A stretch of 64,000 bases of DNA from the human T2T-CHM13v2.0 reference genome, Homo sapiens, in assembly GCF_009914755.1 (NCBI RefSeq), contig NC_060938.1; one strand, written 5' to 3'. A program made the translations under genes and the position numbers. Below, piece after piece: positions 19,060-37,437 of the stretch. Each line of letters starts with the position of its first letter. The stretch's first letter is position 1. The notes under the pieces were generated by a model. The model saw only the letters and a program-made list of their open reading frames with translations. It was not told the DNA's origin and made no database searches.

Positions 19060-20435
19060 GGTTGCTGAAAAGGAGATACATGTTCTATTAGGTTGGTGTC
19101 TGAGAAGCAGAGGGTTCTGATGTAACAAATATTTTCTAAGCAACTAGGCCCTACAAAGAACTGAGGATACAAAGATGGCTATCACACAGTTGCTCCCACC
19201 TAGAGAAGAACAAAGAATACCACAGAACAGACAGCTTTGCCTGGAACACAGGGTACACATGTGATGGAACAAAGACATATGAGCTAGACCTGGTTTGAAT
19301 TCCAAATCCAACACTTACTGCCTGTGTGACCTTGGATAGTGCCACCCACTCCTCTCTGAACTTCAGTGCTCTCATCTATAAAAAGGGGGGAGGGTACCTA
19401 ACAATATCTAAGTTGTACATTTTATGTAAATAAAGAAAATTATGTAAAGCACGGAGGATGAAACCTGCCACACCTAAGTCGTTCTGAAGGCAGAGTAAGA
19501 ATCTCAGGGGTTTTTCTTGTGGGGGCAGGAGGGGTGAGCTTTATTAAAAGCGTACTGCGCTTGCTTCCTTCTCAAGCCTTGCCTGAGAGAGCAAATGCCT
19601 GCTCCACCATCCTTTCCTTTGCCAAGCGTCTTAAAACCCATCCAGTTTCTTCATCATATTTTAAGTGGCTTAATGGCCATTTAGGCCCAACTCGTTTGGG
19701 TGGAACTCGATCCAGGTTTTTCCTTTTCAGAAAGGCCAAGAAAGATAACAGATTCCGTGAAAAAGACCAAGGTAAACTTTGGTTCAAATCCAGATCCACC
19801 ACTTGTCAGCTGTGGCTCTGCGGTGGACGTATTAATCTCTGAGTCTCTTATTTCCCAGTCTGCACAATGGGAAAAACGAGGACATCTGTCCCACAGAATC
19901 CTTATACGCCACTACGAAAAAGTGACGCACGTCAAAAAAAACCGCTGAGCATGGCGCCCGGCGAGGAGAGCACGTTCGCACACAGTGCCCGCCGGACCCG
20001 CTGCGCCACGGCAAAAAAACAAAAAACAAACAAAAAAAAACACAAAGAAACACGCGGGGTTCAACAAGGAGAGGGCGAGGGGTGCCACGCGAACCGGGCG
20101 AGGACACGGAGAGCGCCAGGCAGAGTAGAAGGGCCTCTGTCTCCTCGTGACGCCGGTCCCGCGCGGCCCTCTCGCTTTGTCTCAGGCACGAACGCGCGCA
20201 CGAAACCGAGAAACCGAGAAGCCGAGAAGCCAAGGCCGTCAGGCTCTGATGACCGGACAAGGAGCCCAAGGCGCGGGGACCGTGGCACGCAGCTCGGTTG
20301 GACGGCTTGGGCCGGCGGCCGCCCTCTCTGGACCCGGGAACCCACCGGCCCAGAGCGACCCGCGATAGGAACCCGGGTTCCTGGCCTCAGCCCCTCTCCA
20401 GAGTCGGCTCCAACCCCGCTCGTTTTGGTACTCAC

Positions 20436-20520
20436 CGTGTGGAGACGCCACCGCAGCTCCGTCAGTCGCGAGTGAAGAACCTCAGAAACCGCCGCTGTAC
20501 CTCAGCTGCAGCAGCAACTG
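20436..20520 (-). other. DDX24: DDX24 non-coding exon 1 (TSS approximate)
   Basis: Donor CG|GTGAGT at 20435 on the minus strand, inside the CpG island. It splices to CAACCATG of exon 2. Confidence 0.85.
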
Positions 20521-20639
20521 CAGTTCCGGGGCGGGACCTCCACGCACGTACTCGTGCGCGCTGGGGAGGAAGTCCCGCCCCTATGGCAAACTCAGCTACC
20601 TGATTGGCTGCCTCGCGGACCGCAGCAGTGCCGGCGGGA

Positions 20640-20766
20640 GAGCTGGCTTGGGGCGCTGGCACCTCCTCTTACAGCTTTACTCCTGCCAGCTTGGGAAAAG
20701 GCCGGAGAAGGTGAAATTCTGTGTGCTCCCTCCGGCGAGAGACTTTGTCAGCTCCCGCACAGTAAC
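20640..20766 (+). other. IFI27L1: IFI27L1 non-coding exon 1 (TSS approximate)
   Basis: Donor AAC|GTAAGT at 20767, divergent from DDX24 exon 1. Consistent with the known head-to-head arrangement. Confidence 0.75.
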
Positions 20767-20796
20767 GTAAGTTTTCTTGTATTCTTAGTGTAGTTT

Positions 20797-21020
20797 CGTT
20801 ACCGGAAAGGGGTCTCGATCCAGACCCCAAGAGAGGGTTCTTGGATCTTGCACAGGAAAGAATTCAGGGTGAGTCCGCATAGCAAAGCAAAAGCAAGTTT
20901 ATTAAGTACTTTACTCCGTAGACAGAGTAGGGCGTTCCCGAAGGTAAGAGGACGAACGCGTCCATCCTAGGTACAATGCTCGTACCTAGATCATAGGGAG
21001 ATGTGCTCTGCTACAAGGGT
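20797..21020 (-). mobile_element. MER41-type LTR 3' fragment
   Basis: gttaccggaaaggggtctcgatccagaccccaagagagggttcttgg matches the same end of the LTRs at 28424 and 34130. Confidence 0.75.
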
Positions 21021-21029
21021 GACGTGTGA

Positions 21030-22915
21030 TGAGTGTTCCTTGTATTGTAATTGTTTTGGGGCGCCATGAGCTGTGCCCATATAAGATACAAACGTAATTG
21101 ATAAATGTTGTGTGTGTTCAGACTAATCCACTGACAGGCCGTTCTTCCTTCTCTCTCCCTTTCCTTGGGTCTCTATTCCCTGAGACACAACAGTGTTGAA
21201 ATTAGGTCAATTAATAACCCTACAATGGGCCTCTAAGTGTTCAAGTGAAAGAAAGAGTCGCACATCTCTCACTTTAACTCAAAAGCTAGAAATGGTTAAG
21301 CTTAGTGAGGAAGGGATGTCAAAAGGCAAGATAGGCTGAAAGCTAGGCTGAAAGTTTGCACCAAAAAGTTAGCCAGTTTGTGAATGCAAAGGAAAAGTTA
21401 CTGAAGGAAATTAAACATTTTACTCTAATGAACACATGAATGATATGAAAGCGAAACAGTTTATTGCTGATTTGGAGAAAATTTTAGTGGTTTGGATAGA
21501 AAATAAAACCGGCTACAGCATCCCCTAAACCCAAAACCGAATCCAAAGCAAGGCCCTGATTCTCTTCTATTCTATGATGACTGAGAGAGGTGAGGAAGCT
21601 ATAGAAGTTTGAAGCTAGAAGAGATTATTTCATGAGGTTTAAGGAAAGAAGCCGTCTCCAGAACATGAAAGTGTAAGATGAGGCAGCAAATGCTGATGGA
21701 GAAGCTGCAGCAAGTTATCCCCAAGATCTAGGTAAGATCGTTGATGAAGGTGGCCACTGAACAGCAAGTAGTCAATGTAGACAAAACAGCCTTCTATTGG
21801 AAGAAGACGCCATCAAGGACTTTCATAGCTAGAGAGGTCAATGTCTGGCCTCAAAGGCCAAGCTCACTCTTTTGTTAGAGGCTAATGCAGCTAGTGACTT
21901 TGGATTGAAGCCAGTGCTTGTTTACCATTCTATTATAAAAATCTTAGGTCTCTTAAGAATTACGCTAAATATAATCTGCCTGTGCTCTGTAAGTAGAACA
22001 ACAAAGCCTGGATGACAGCACAACTGTTCATAGCATGGTTTACTGAATATTTTAAGCCCACTGTTGAGGCCTACTGCTCAGAAAAAAGGATTTCTCTCAA
22101 AGTATTATTGCTCATTGAAAATGTGCATAGTCACACGAGAGCTCTAATGGAGATGTATAAGGAGATGAATGTTGTTTTCATGTCTGTGAACACAAGATCC
22201 ATTCTTCAGCCCATGGATCAAGAAGTAATTTTGCATTTCAAGTTTTATTACTTAAGATACATTTCGTAAGGCTATGGCTGCCATAGAGAGTTATTCCTCT
22301 GATGGATCTGGGCAAAGTATATTGAAAACCTTCTGGAAAGGGTTCACTATTTTAGATATCATTAAGAACATTTGTGATTCATGGGAAGATGTCAAAATAT
22401 CAAAATTAACAAGAGTTCGGAAGAAGTTGACTCCAGTTCTCATTGATGACTTTGAGAGGTTCAAGACTTCAGTGAAGGAGGTAACTGCAGATGTGGTTGG
22501 AAATAGCAAGAAAACTAAAATTACAAGCGGAGCCTGAAGATATGACTGAATTGTGGCAATCTCGTGAGAAACTTGAATGGATGAACAGTTCCTTCTAATG
22601 TATGACCAAAGAAAGTGGTTTCTTGAGATACAATCTACTCCTGGTGAAGATGCTGGGAACACTGTTGAAATGACAATGAAGGATTTAGAATATTTCGTAA
22701 ACTTAGTTGATAAAGCAGTGGCAGGGTTTGAGAGGATTGACTACAATTTTGAACATTCTACTGTGGATAAAATGCTACCAATTAGCATCACATGCTACTG
22801 AGAAATCTTTCATGAAAGGAAGAGTCAATCCATGCAGCAAACTTCATTGTTGTGTTATTTTAAGAAATTGCCACAGCACCTCACCTTTCAGCAACCACCA
22901 CCCTAATCAATCAGC
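21030..22915 (+). mobile_element. Tigger1 DNA transposon, internal fragment (dead transposase)
   Basis: ORF pieces 22012..22269, 22274..22537 and 22577..22801 resemble pogo/Tigger DDE transposase (WMTAQLF.WF, LQPMDQ.VI). Confidence 0.85.
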
Positions 22916-23537
22916 TGGTTTCAGAAAAAAAGAAAAGTATATTATGGCAGAGGGGGACACAGTCAAAATGTTAATAATTGGTGAATTATTGGTGCTAGAG
23001 TAAGGGTACGTGAGTGTTCATTGTACTATTCTTTCAACTTTTTTGAGGTTTAAAACTTTTCAAAATAAAGAGTTGAGTAAATTGTTTTGATTTAAAAATT
23101 ATGAATTAAAAAGAAATTGGTTTAAGCCAGGTGTGGTGGCACATCCCTGTAGTCCCAGCTATCCAGGAGGCTGAAGAGGGAGGATCGCTTGGGCTCTGGA
23201 GTGTGAGTCCAGCATGGACAACATAGCAAGACATCATCTTTAAAAAAAGAAAAAGAAAGAAGGAAAGAAAGAGAGTCAATTTTAATTTTTAAAAATGGGG
23301 GAGGGGGAGATGTCAACCAAAAGCAAAATGATGGCAAAGTTTCCATTATAGTAGTGGAAACATAGGTATTTTTTTTCCTTCTTCTCAATATTCTAATTTT
23401 AAAAAATAGTAAGAATAAACTATTTTAATGTTATTCTTATTTCAAAGATGAAAAAACAGATGCAGGAAGATTAATTTGCCAGAGTCATACAGCTAATGTT
23501 ACAGAGCTCAGACCTGACTTGGAGATCTGTGACTTTA

Positions 23538-24327
23538 ACTGGGTGCAGTGGCTCACACCTGTAATTCCAGCACTTTGGGAGGCCCAGGCGGGTGGATCGC
23601 TTGAGCTCAGGAGTTCAAGATCAGCCCAGGCGACATGGTGAAACCCCGTCTCTACAAAAAATGCAAAAATTAACCAGGCTTGGTGGCATGCGCCCTTAGT
23701 CCCAGCTACTTAGGGGGCTGAAGTGGGAGGATTGCTTGAGCCCAAGAGGTCAAGGCTGCAGTGAGCCATGTTCATGCTGCTGCGGGATAATTAAGAAACC
23801 AAAGGGACCGAGGGGTTGAGGAGGAATTATTTAATTATTTAGGTGCACAAACCCAGTCAGATTAACATCCAAAGGACTGAGCCCTGAACAAAGAGTCAAG
23901 CTACCTTTTAAACATTTCGTGGGGCAGGGGGAGATTTGTGCAGTGGGAAGCATATTACAGAAGCGAGAAACAAAGACAGTTATTCAATTGAGACATGGCA
24001 TTACATTATATCTTACTTTTCAAGGAACAACACGTTTTACGACTTGAGAGTATCTGTCTAGTGACCTTGCAGCTGCACAGCTAGAGAAACAGAGTCTTCA
24101 CAATGCCTGGGAAAGGGAGAGATAAGGCTCACTAGCCTCAGAAAGAAAAACAGGCAGTTAATTTTAAAGGACTCCAGCCCTTTCTCTTCCTCAAGGGAAA
24201 TTGGGTTTTTTTACATACAACCGAGTTTTTGCTTACACAGTTTTTAATTTCTTTTAATTCCTGTTCCAATGCCAGTATACTCAGCCTGAGTGACAAAGCA
24301 AGACCCTGTGTGGGGGAAAAAAAAAAG
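23538..24327 (+). mobile_element. AluJ split by a solo LTR
   Basis: The Alu stops at ...gagccatgttcATGC (23777) and resumes at ATGCcagtatactcagcc (24269). Confidence 0.8.
23778..24268 (-). mobile_element. Intact 491-bp solo LTR (ERV1-like, tentatively LTR15)
   Basis: TG...CA termini on the minus strand and a 4-bp TSD ATGC. Subfamily from memory only. Confidence 0.75.
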
Positions 24328-25303
24328 TAATCAAGATCAAGAAACCCTATAAGGAATGTGTCCCAGTTTCCAAGGGACCCATGCAGAAGCCTCCATTGCC
24401 AGTGGCTGAAGTGGGAGTACTTATGAATGTGTTGATTGACTTTCCAAAAAGACTGAAGGGTAGATGTGGGCTGAGGGGAACCAAGAATGCATATGGAGAA
24501 GTTGGAACAGTTGAGCTCATATATTTCCCAGCAAGAAAATGGCTCATCTAGCCAGGTAGGGCATCTAGAAGGGTGGGGGAATCAGATTGCCTGGAGTCAG
24601 GTCTGAGCTCTGTAACATTAGCTGTGTGACTCTGGCAGATTACTTACTCTTCCTGCATGTTTCCTCATCTGTAAAATGAGAATAATATGGTTGAGAAGAC
24701 TAAACGTAAATGCATGTAAACTTCTTGCTGCAGTGCCTGGCACATGGTGAGCTCAATTGACCTTAGCAATTCCTTTTGTCATCACACATTTCTTTATAAG
24801 CATACACATACCTTTCATATAGTATAAATATGAAAAGGTGATAAGTTGGGGGAAAACACATTTCGGCGAAACATCCCACAGTGTTAAGTAGTTGTTTTAA
24901 GGTGATGGAACTGAGTGTAATTTTTTCTTTTCAATATTTCAATTTTAATGTGATTATTTTAATTATATATATTATATGGAGGTATAATTAGTGTACAATA
25001 AAATGCAGAGTGCAGCTTTTCAGTTCAATGAATTGTAACATTTCCATATCATCATATAAGTATTGCACAAAACAACATAAAGAACATTTCCACCACCCCA
25101 GAAAATTCATTCATCCCCATTTCCAGTTAGTTTTTATCCCTACCCAGAACACAAATATATTTTAATTTAAAAATTAATTGGCAACTATTTCTTAAATGGG
25201 AGCCATTTTGGTATTTTCATTTATTGTAAAAGTGACTTATGCCTGAGGCATTGTAATTCATCTAGCACCAAAAAACATACGTATGTATAAGCATTCTACA
25301 TGG

Positions 25304-25730
25304 GTGATATAGTTTGGATATTTGTCCCCACCCAAATCTCATAGTTGAATTGTAATCCCCAATGCTGGAGTTGGGGTCTGGTGGGAGGTGTTTGGATCAT
25401 GGGGGCAGATGCCTCATGAATGGCTTGGGCCATCTGCTTCATAATAAGTGAGCTCTCACTCTGAGTTCATGTGAGATCTGGTGGTTTAAAAGTGTGTGGC
25501 GCCTCCCCTCAATTCTCTCTGACTCTTGTTTTCACCATCTCATGTGCCTGCCCCCCTTCCACCTTCTGCCATGATCGTAAGCTTCCTGAGGCCTACCTAG
25601 AAGCTGAGCAGATGTCAGCAGCATGCTTCTTGTAAAGCCTGTGGAACTGTGTGCCAGTTAAACCTCTTTTTTAGATAAATTACCCAGTCTCAGATATTTC
25701 TTTATAGCAATACAAGAATTGCCTAATATA
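25304..25730 (+). mobile_element. MST-type MaLR LTR
   Basis: tgatatagtttggatatttgtcccc ... ctaatata termini. Confidence 0.8.
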
Positions 25731-26240
25731 ATGAGGTCTTCCTTTACCAGTGTTTTGTAAGTTGCCTCTTTCACTCAACAATATCTAATGAACCATTCCC
25801 CATTGCCAATAAATATTAATCTATAACCAGGGACGGATCCATTCTATTTAGGACCTGAAGCTTACATAATTGGTGGGGCAGAGAGCTTAAAAAAAGAGAG
25901 TTATAATACAAAATACCAGTAACACTACAATGTCACCCCAAACCAGGGGAAGTATGGCAGAGGGAAGCCAGATTGGAAAGCAATTACAAGACAACAGCCC
26001 TAATCAATTACTCTTAGAAGAACTTTTGCAAATAATAATAATAACAACAAAGTGAGCAATGGCTAGAGCTGCTCTTAGGGTCTTGGAAGGAGCCAGTGCA
26101 AGTGAGGGTCCCTGAACTCAGGCTTCTTTTGCTTCGAGGTAAACCCATTTCTGCTTCTATCATCAGTAGCTACATATAATTATTTATATAGGAGTATAAA
26201 ATTTTATTTATTCAATTTTTGTTACTTCCCACTTTTGCTG

Positions 26241-27100
26241 TGTCAACCTAAATAACAAACAGAGAGAAGCCCTCTAAAAGAAAATGACATTTGAGAATAC
26301 GGCATTGCAGTGGGAAAATTCATGCCATAGTAAACTATGTACATATTCAAGGATGTAAAGGAAGACAAAGGTTTTTAAAGGAAAAATGAAGACAATTATG
26401 TAATTGTTTTGAAGCCAGATTAGAAAGCAATTAAAAGACAACAGCCTTAATCAATTACTCTTAGAATAACTTACTTTTACAAATAATAATAATAACAACA
26501 TGTTTGGCTATAAGGATTAACAGCAAGGGTGACACCAGTCTGAGGTTGGGCAGGTAGTTTCTGGGCAGATGTGCTCACGGAAGTATTTTTTGTGTAAGGT
26601 TGTGATGGCCTTTGTGCAAGATTGCAATTTTTGCAGATGATAGTTTTGTTCTCAGGCATACAAAAGCGTGAAAACCCTCTCTTCATGGATTTTCCCTAGC
26701 TCTATTTGTCAGAGTTTGGGTGTGTTTTTTGTTATTTTTATTTTTATTTTTGTTTTGTTTTGAGACGGAGTCTCACTCTGTCACGCAGGCTGGAGTGCAG
26801 TGGCGCATCTCGGCTCACTGCGAGCTCCGCCTCCCAGGCTTCACGCCATTCTCCTGCCTCAGCCTCCCGAGTAGCTGGGATTACAGGCACTCGCCACCAC
26901 ACCCAGCTAATTTTTTCTATTTTTAGTAGAGATGGTGTTTCACCGTGTTAGCCAGGATGGTCTCGATCTCCTGACCTCGTGATCTGCCCGCCTCGGCCTC
27001 CCAAAGTGCTGGGATTACAGGCATGAGCCACCGTGCCCAGCCGATTGTCGTTTTTTTTTTTAACACAAGCAACTCCATTTTGACTCTGACTGCTTTTATA
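26241..27100 (-). mobile_element. MER65-like ERV1 LTR containing an AluY (~26730-27042)
   Basis: Starts tgtcaacctaaataac and ends actccattttgactctgac, the same termini as the LTRs at 36366 and 48061. Confidence 0.65.
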
Positions 27101-27815
27101 GTTGTCATCAAAAACACGGTGATCATCATTCATGTGCAGATATTTGTGCACATCTCTGATTCTTTTCTTGTGATGAATTCCAAGAAGTAAAATTTCTAAA
27201 CCAAATAAGCTTTCACTACATGCTGTCAAATAAAGTATGGGTTAGAACACGCCATACCCAGCAGTGAATGAGGATCACTACTCCTTTCCTCATGCAAACA
27301 CTGCATGTTCCAGTTATTTGCTTCCTGAGGCAGATTATAAGGATGTAGTCACTCAGCTCTGTTTCACGCTCTGCTGTGAACCCTCAAGGATGGAAAGTTA
27401 ATGACTCTATTCCCCTGGCTTCCCCATATGCCAGTTCTGCAAATGACCTGAATTGTGCCAAGCTGACTCCCCTGTGCAAGGATGTGAAGGTGGAAGGGAC
27501 ACAGGGGCTGTGCTTCGGCTTCTTCTACTGCCAAGCATTGTAGTAGGGACTTGTTTTTTTGCAGTAGCAGAAGCAGAGTCCCAGGATCCATTTCTTACGT
27601 TACTATGCGAGATGCAGAAGGTAAGTTTTCATTTTACTGGCATAGATGCCCCAGAGCCAACAGGTGTGGCAGTGGCTTCCCGATATCCCAGTTTCGTGAT
27701 CATGGCACTGGCTGAAGCATTCTTGGTGGCCCACTTTTAGGGTGGAGCCACATTCTGGGGTTGGGGCATTCCTGGAACATCAGCTTAGACCCTCCTCCTC
27801 CAATCCTGGAACAAT

Positions 27816-27908
27816 CTTTTTTTTTTTTTTTTTGGAGACAGAGTCTTGCTCTGTCGCCCAGGTTGGAGTGCAGTGACACGATCTCAGCTCACTGCAAGCT
27901 CCACCCCC
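27816..27908 (-). mobile_element. 5'-truncated Alu with a clear TSD
   Basis: cctggaacaatctt appears on both sides. Confidence 0.85.
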
Positions 27909-28423
27909 TGGAACAATCTTATAGTCACCTAATTCCCTGTGTCAAAACCCACTCTGCTTAAGTTGGCTGGAGTGACTTCTGTTATCTGCAGCTGAACTCT
28001 GACTAATAGATGCATGTGACACACATACAAAATGTTACCTCCTTTAAATCTTTTACTATTAGTAAGATTGACCATCTTTTTAAGTGTCTATTAGTCATGC
28101 GTAATTCTGTCTTGGGGAGCTGTCTCCTAGTCTTCGGAGTTCCTTGTTAAAGGCAGTTCCTTTTAAAAATTGATTCATAAGGAAAACTCTCTTTGAGTTG
28201 GGGATACTAATCGTGCAAAAGTATTATTTTGTTTGGTTTGTTTTCCCCTCAGTATGTCACTTGTCTCTTAACCTTCATGATAAATCCATTTTTCACCACG
28301 AGGGACTTTGTTCATGGTGTTTTTTTGTTTGTTTTGTTATTTTGTTATTTTTATTTTTAGAGAGAGTGTTTTGCTCTGTTGGCTAGGCTGGAGTGCAGTG
28401 GTTGGGTCATGGCTCACTGCAGC

Positions 28424-29046
28424 TGTTACTGGATAGAGGTCCCGATGCATATCCTAAGAGAAGGTTCTTGGATATCATGCAAGAAAGAATTTCAGGTGAA
28501 TCCATAAAGCAAGAGCAAGTTTATTAACAAAGTAAGGGAATAAAAGAATGGCCATTCCATAGTCAGAATAGCAGCTTGAGCTGCTTGAATGATAATACTT
28601 ATAGTTATTTCTTGATTATATGCTAAACAAGTGGTGGATTATTAATGAGTTTTTGAGGTGGGCAATTCCTGGAACTGAGGGTTCCTCCCCCTTTCAGACC
28701 ATATAGGGTAACTTCTTGATGTTGCCATGGCGTTTATAAATGGTCATGGTGCTGCTGGGAGTGTCTTGTAGCATGCTAATGCATTATAATTAGTATATAA
28801 TGAGCAATGAGGATGACCAGAGGTCACTCTCATCACCGTCTTGGTTTTGGTGGGTTTGGGCTGTCTTCTTTACTGCATGCTATTTTATCAGCATGGTCTT
28901 TGTGAACTGTATCGTGTGCCTATCTCCTGTCTCATCCTGTGACTAAGAATGCGTAACCTCCTGGGAATGCAGCCTAGTAGGTCTCAGCCTTATTTTACCC
29001 AGCTCTTATTCAAGATGGAGTCACTCTGGTTCAAATGCTTCTGACA
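28424..29046 (-). mobile_element. Full-length MER41-type LTR (3' LTR of a provirus)
   Basis: On minus: TGTCAGAAGCATTTGAACCAGAGTGACTCCATCTTG ... CCAGTAACA, preceded by a polypurine tract (29051-29067). Confidence 0.85.
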
Positions 29047-32020
<2,974 letters not shown>

Positions 32021-32021
32021 C

Positions 32022-32788
<767 letters not shown>

Positions 32789-33403
32789 TGACTGCATTTC
32801 TTATGAACTTCATTTTGTATGGAGAACATCCCTCCATCCCACATAGAAGATTTATAGTATGAAACATTCTACACTAGCTGACAAATGGCATGGAGCCCTA
32901 CTCCCATATTTGTGATAAGCAGGAAGTCAGCATGGATTGGTGGCTAACAGCATGATCTCTGACCAGGGGCCCTGGTTGAAATCCTTAGAGCTGTGGCCTT
33001 GAGGCAAGTTAATGAACCTTGATGTGCCTTAGTTTGGTGACAAATAGGGAGTTAGTAGATATGTACTATTGTTTTTTGCATTTGCTTGTTTCTGTCCTTT
33101 TCCCCTACTGGAACAAATTTCATGAAATAAGGATGTGTCTATCTTTTTCTCTTGAGTCAGTGCTCAGGAGCTTGGTAAATATGTTTTGAATGAAAGAATG
33201 AGTGAAGAGAAAAAAAAGGAAAGTGAGAGTCTCAGTGTGAAGTCTGCGGAGAGAGGAATACAGAAAATTAAAGAAGTGACAGAATCGGGGTGGGAAAGGC
33301 CCTCTGCTTGGGATATCCTCTAATGTCCTGGAAATGAGGCTGTGTCCCTTTTGCAAGACAAGGAAAGGAGGGAAAATGAGCCCTGCACCCCAACCCCAGT
33401 CCT

Positions 33404-34654
<1,251 letters not shown>

Positions 34655-34761
34655 TAGGCACACTCTTTATCCATATTTCTTTTTATGAAATACTCAATGT
34701 CTACTTGATCTCCGGTCTGGGCCTAGCATTAAGGGAGGCAGCAATGAATGACTCCTGACTC

Positions 34762-35177
34762 GTGTTAGTCAGTTTTACATTTCTATCAAGGAATACCTGA
34801 AGCTGGGTAATTTATAAAGAAAAGAGGTTTATTTGGCATGGTTCTGTAGGTTATACAAGCATGGCACCAACGTCTGCTCAGCTTCTGGTGAGGCCTCAGG
34901 AAGCTTTTACTAATGCAGAAGTTGAAGGGGGAGCAGGTGTGTCATATGGCAAGAGAGGGAGCAGGAGTGAGAGGAGGAGGTACCAGCCTCCTTTAAACAA
35001 CCAGCTCTTGCATGAACAAACAGAGTGCGAATTTGTTCATTACCATGGGGAGGGCACCAAGCCACCATGAGGGATTTTCCCCCATGACCTGAGCACCTCC
35101 CACCAAGCTCCACCACCAACATTGAAGATCACATTTCAATATGAGATTTGGAGGGGACAAACATCCAAACCATAGCA
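34762..35177 (-). mobile_element. MST-type MaLR LTR
   Basis: tgttagtc ... aaaccatagca termini. Confidence 0.75.
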
Positions 35178-35730
35178 GTCCTTGATTTTAAAGAGCTCTG
35201 AATCCAGCAGAGGAGATAGAGAACAATGTTGCATTGTGGGAAATTCTGTGGCAGAAAGAATATAGTGGACTCACATTTGAGAGCATAAGTGGGGGTATAG
35301 TTGCTCAAGCGAGATTGGGAATGTGTGGCCAGGGAAGTCTTCCTGGAGAATATGTAAGATGATGAGGTCCTGAAAATTTTCCTGAATCTAGCATGCAAAG
35401 GATCAGAGGCCTAAAAGAGCAGGGAATGACTTCTATTTGTCCCCCAGGACAGAAACGTAGCTGGATATTGGCAACAATAAGTTTAGGGCGAGGCAGAAGC
35501 CAGTTCATGGAGGACTTGCTTATCCCATGGGCCATACAAGGCTGTTGAGGGGTTTTAGGCAGATGGATGGGTAAACACCATGACTTTTCCCTGTACCACA
35601 GCAGCCAGTAGATACGTCTCCATTCAGTGTTTTATATCCCTGATGCTTGGGTTGCTTCCATCTCTTAGCTATTGTGAATAATGCTGCTACGAACATGGGT
35701 GTATAAATATCTATTCAAGACTATGCTTTC

Positions 35731-36807
<1,077 letters not shown>

Positions 36808-37437
36808 GCAGGAAGGCTTTTGGCCTGAGCTGCTGAGAGGATGGATTCCGGGTTCAGCAGTGACTTGGGCCAGAGCAGAGGCAGAGAGACAAGTTAGGAA
36901 GCTCCTCCAGTCATCCCACTGAGAGACGCGGGTGGCTTGGTCCGGGACTGGAGCTGCAGAAGTATGAGGGATGGTCAGACTGGATATTTCTGAAGGTGAA
37001 TAAGCATTCACGGATAGATTGCTGTGAAGGAGAGAAACCATGTGGAGTCAAGGAGGACTCCAGGCCACTTACCCTGAGCTACTGAGAGAACGGGGCTGCC
37101 CTTTACAGAGGCTGGGCAGCTGTTGGAGGGACAGCTTCCAGAGGGGAAATGGGAGTGCACTTGGGTCACTTCATGTTTGAGGTGCTTCTCAGATACCCAA
37201 GGGACATGTTAAGTAGGTCTAGGCTGAGCACATCAATCTGCAAGTCACCAGAGTACTTAACACAGTGGGACTGGGTGAAGTGCCCCCAGGTGTGGGGCTA
37301 AAGCAGGGGAGTCTGAGGACGGACCCTGGACACACCCACACTGCACTGAGTTCAGGGAGAGGGGCTGAATGAGACTGAGAAGGAGAGGCTAGTATGGCAG
37401 GGGGAAATGTGGAGGATGAGGCCAGGTGAGGAAGATG

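Larger units (their letters stand above)
19880..20800. promoter_or_regulatory. CpG island / bidirectional promoter of DDX24 and IFI27L1
   Basis: CpG-rich. GC boxes at ~20528 and ~20574, GGAAGT at ~20568, reverse CCAAT (TGATTGG) at 20601-20607. Divergent first-exon donors at 20435(-) and 20767(+). Confidence 0.88.

Noticed and set aside
19540-19802. Possible intronic terminal exon in DDX24 intron 1 (76-aa ORF followed by minus-strand AATAAA)
   Set aside because: Weak acceptor, the ORF starts in MIR-like sequence, and there is no other support.
20200-20232. GAAACCGAGAAACCGAGAAGCC as an ISRE for DDX24/IFI27L1
   Set aside because: The GAAA cores are 4 nt apart rather than the 2 nt of an ISRE/IRF-E; better read as an 8-bp tandem repeat.
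19867-20662. Several long Arg/Pro/Gly-rich ORFs on both strands
   Set aside because: Expected from stop-codon scarcity in a CpG island.
22012-22801. Tigger transposase ORFs as a domesticated TIGD-like gene
   Set aside because: Fragmented across frames with stops; an ordinary decayed Tigger1.
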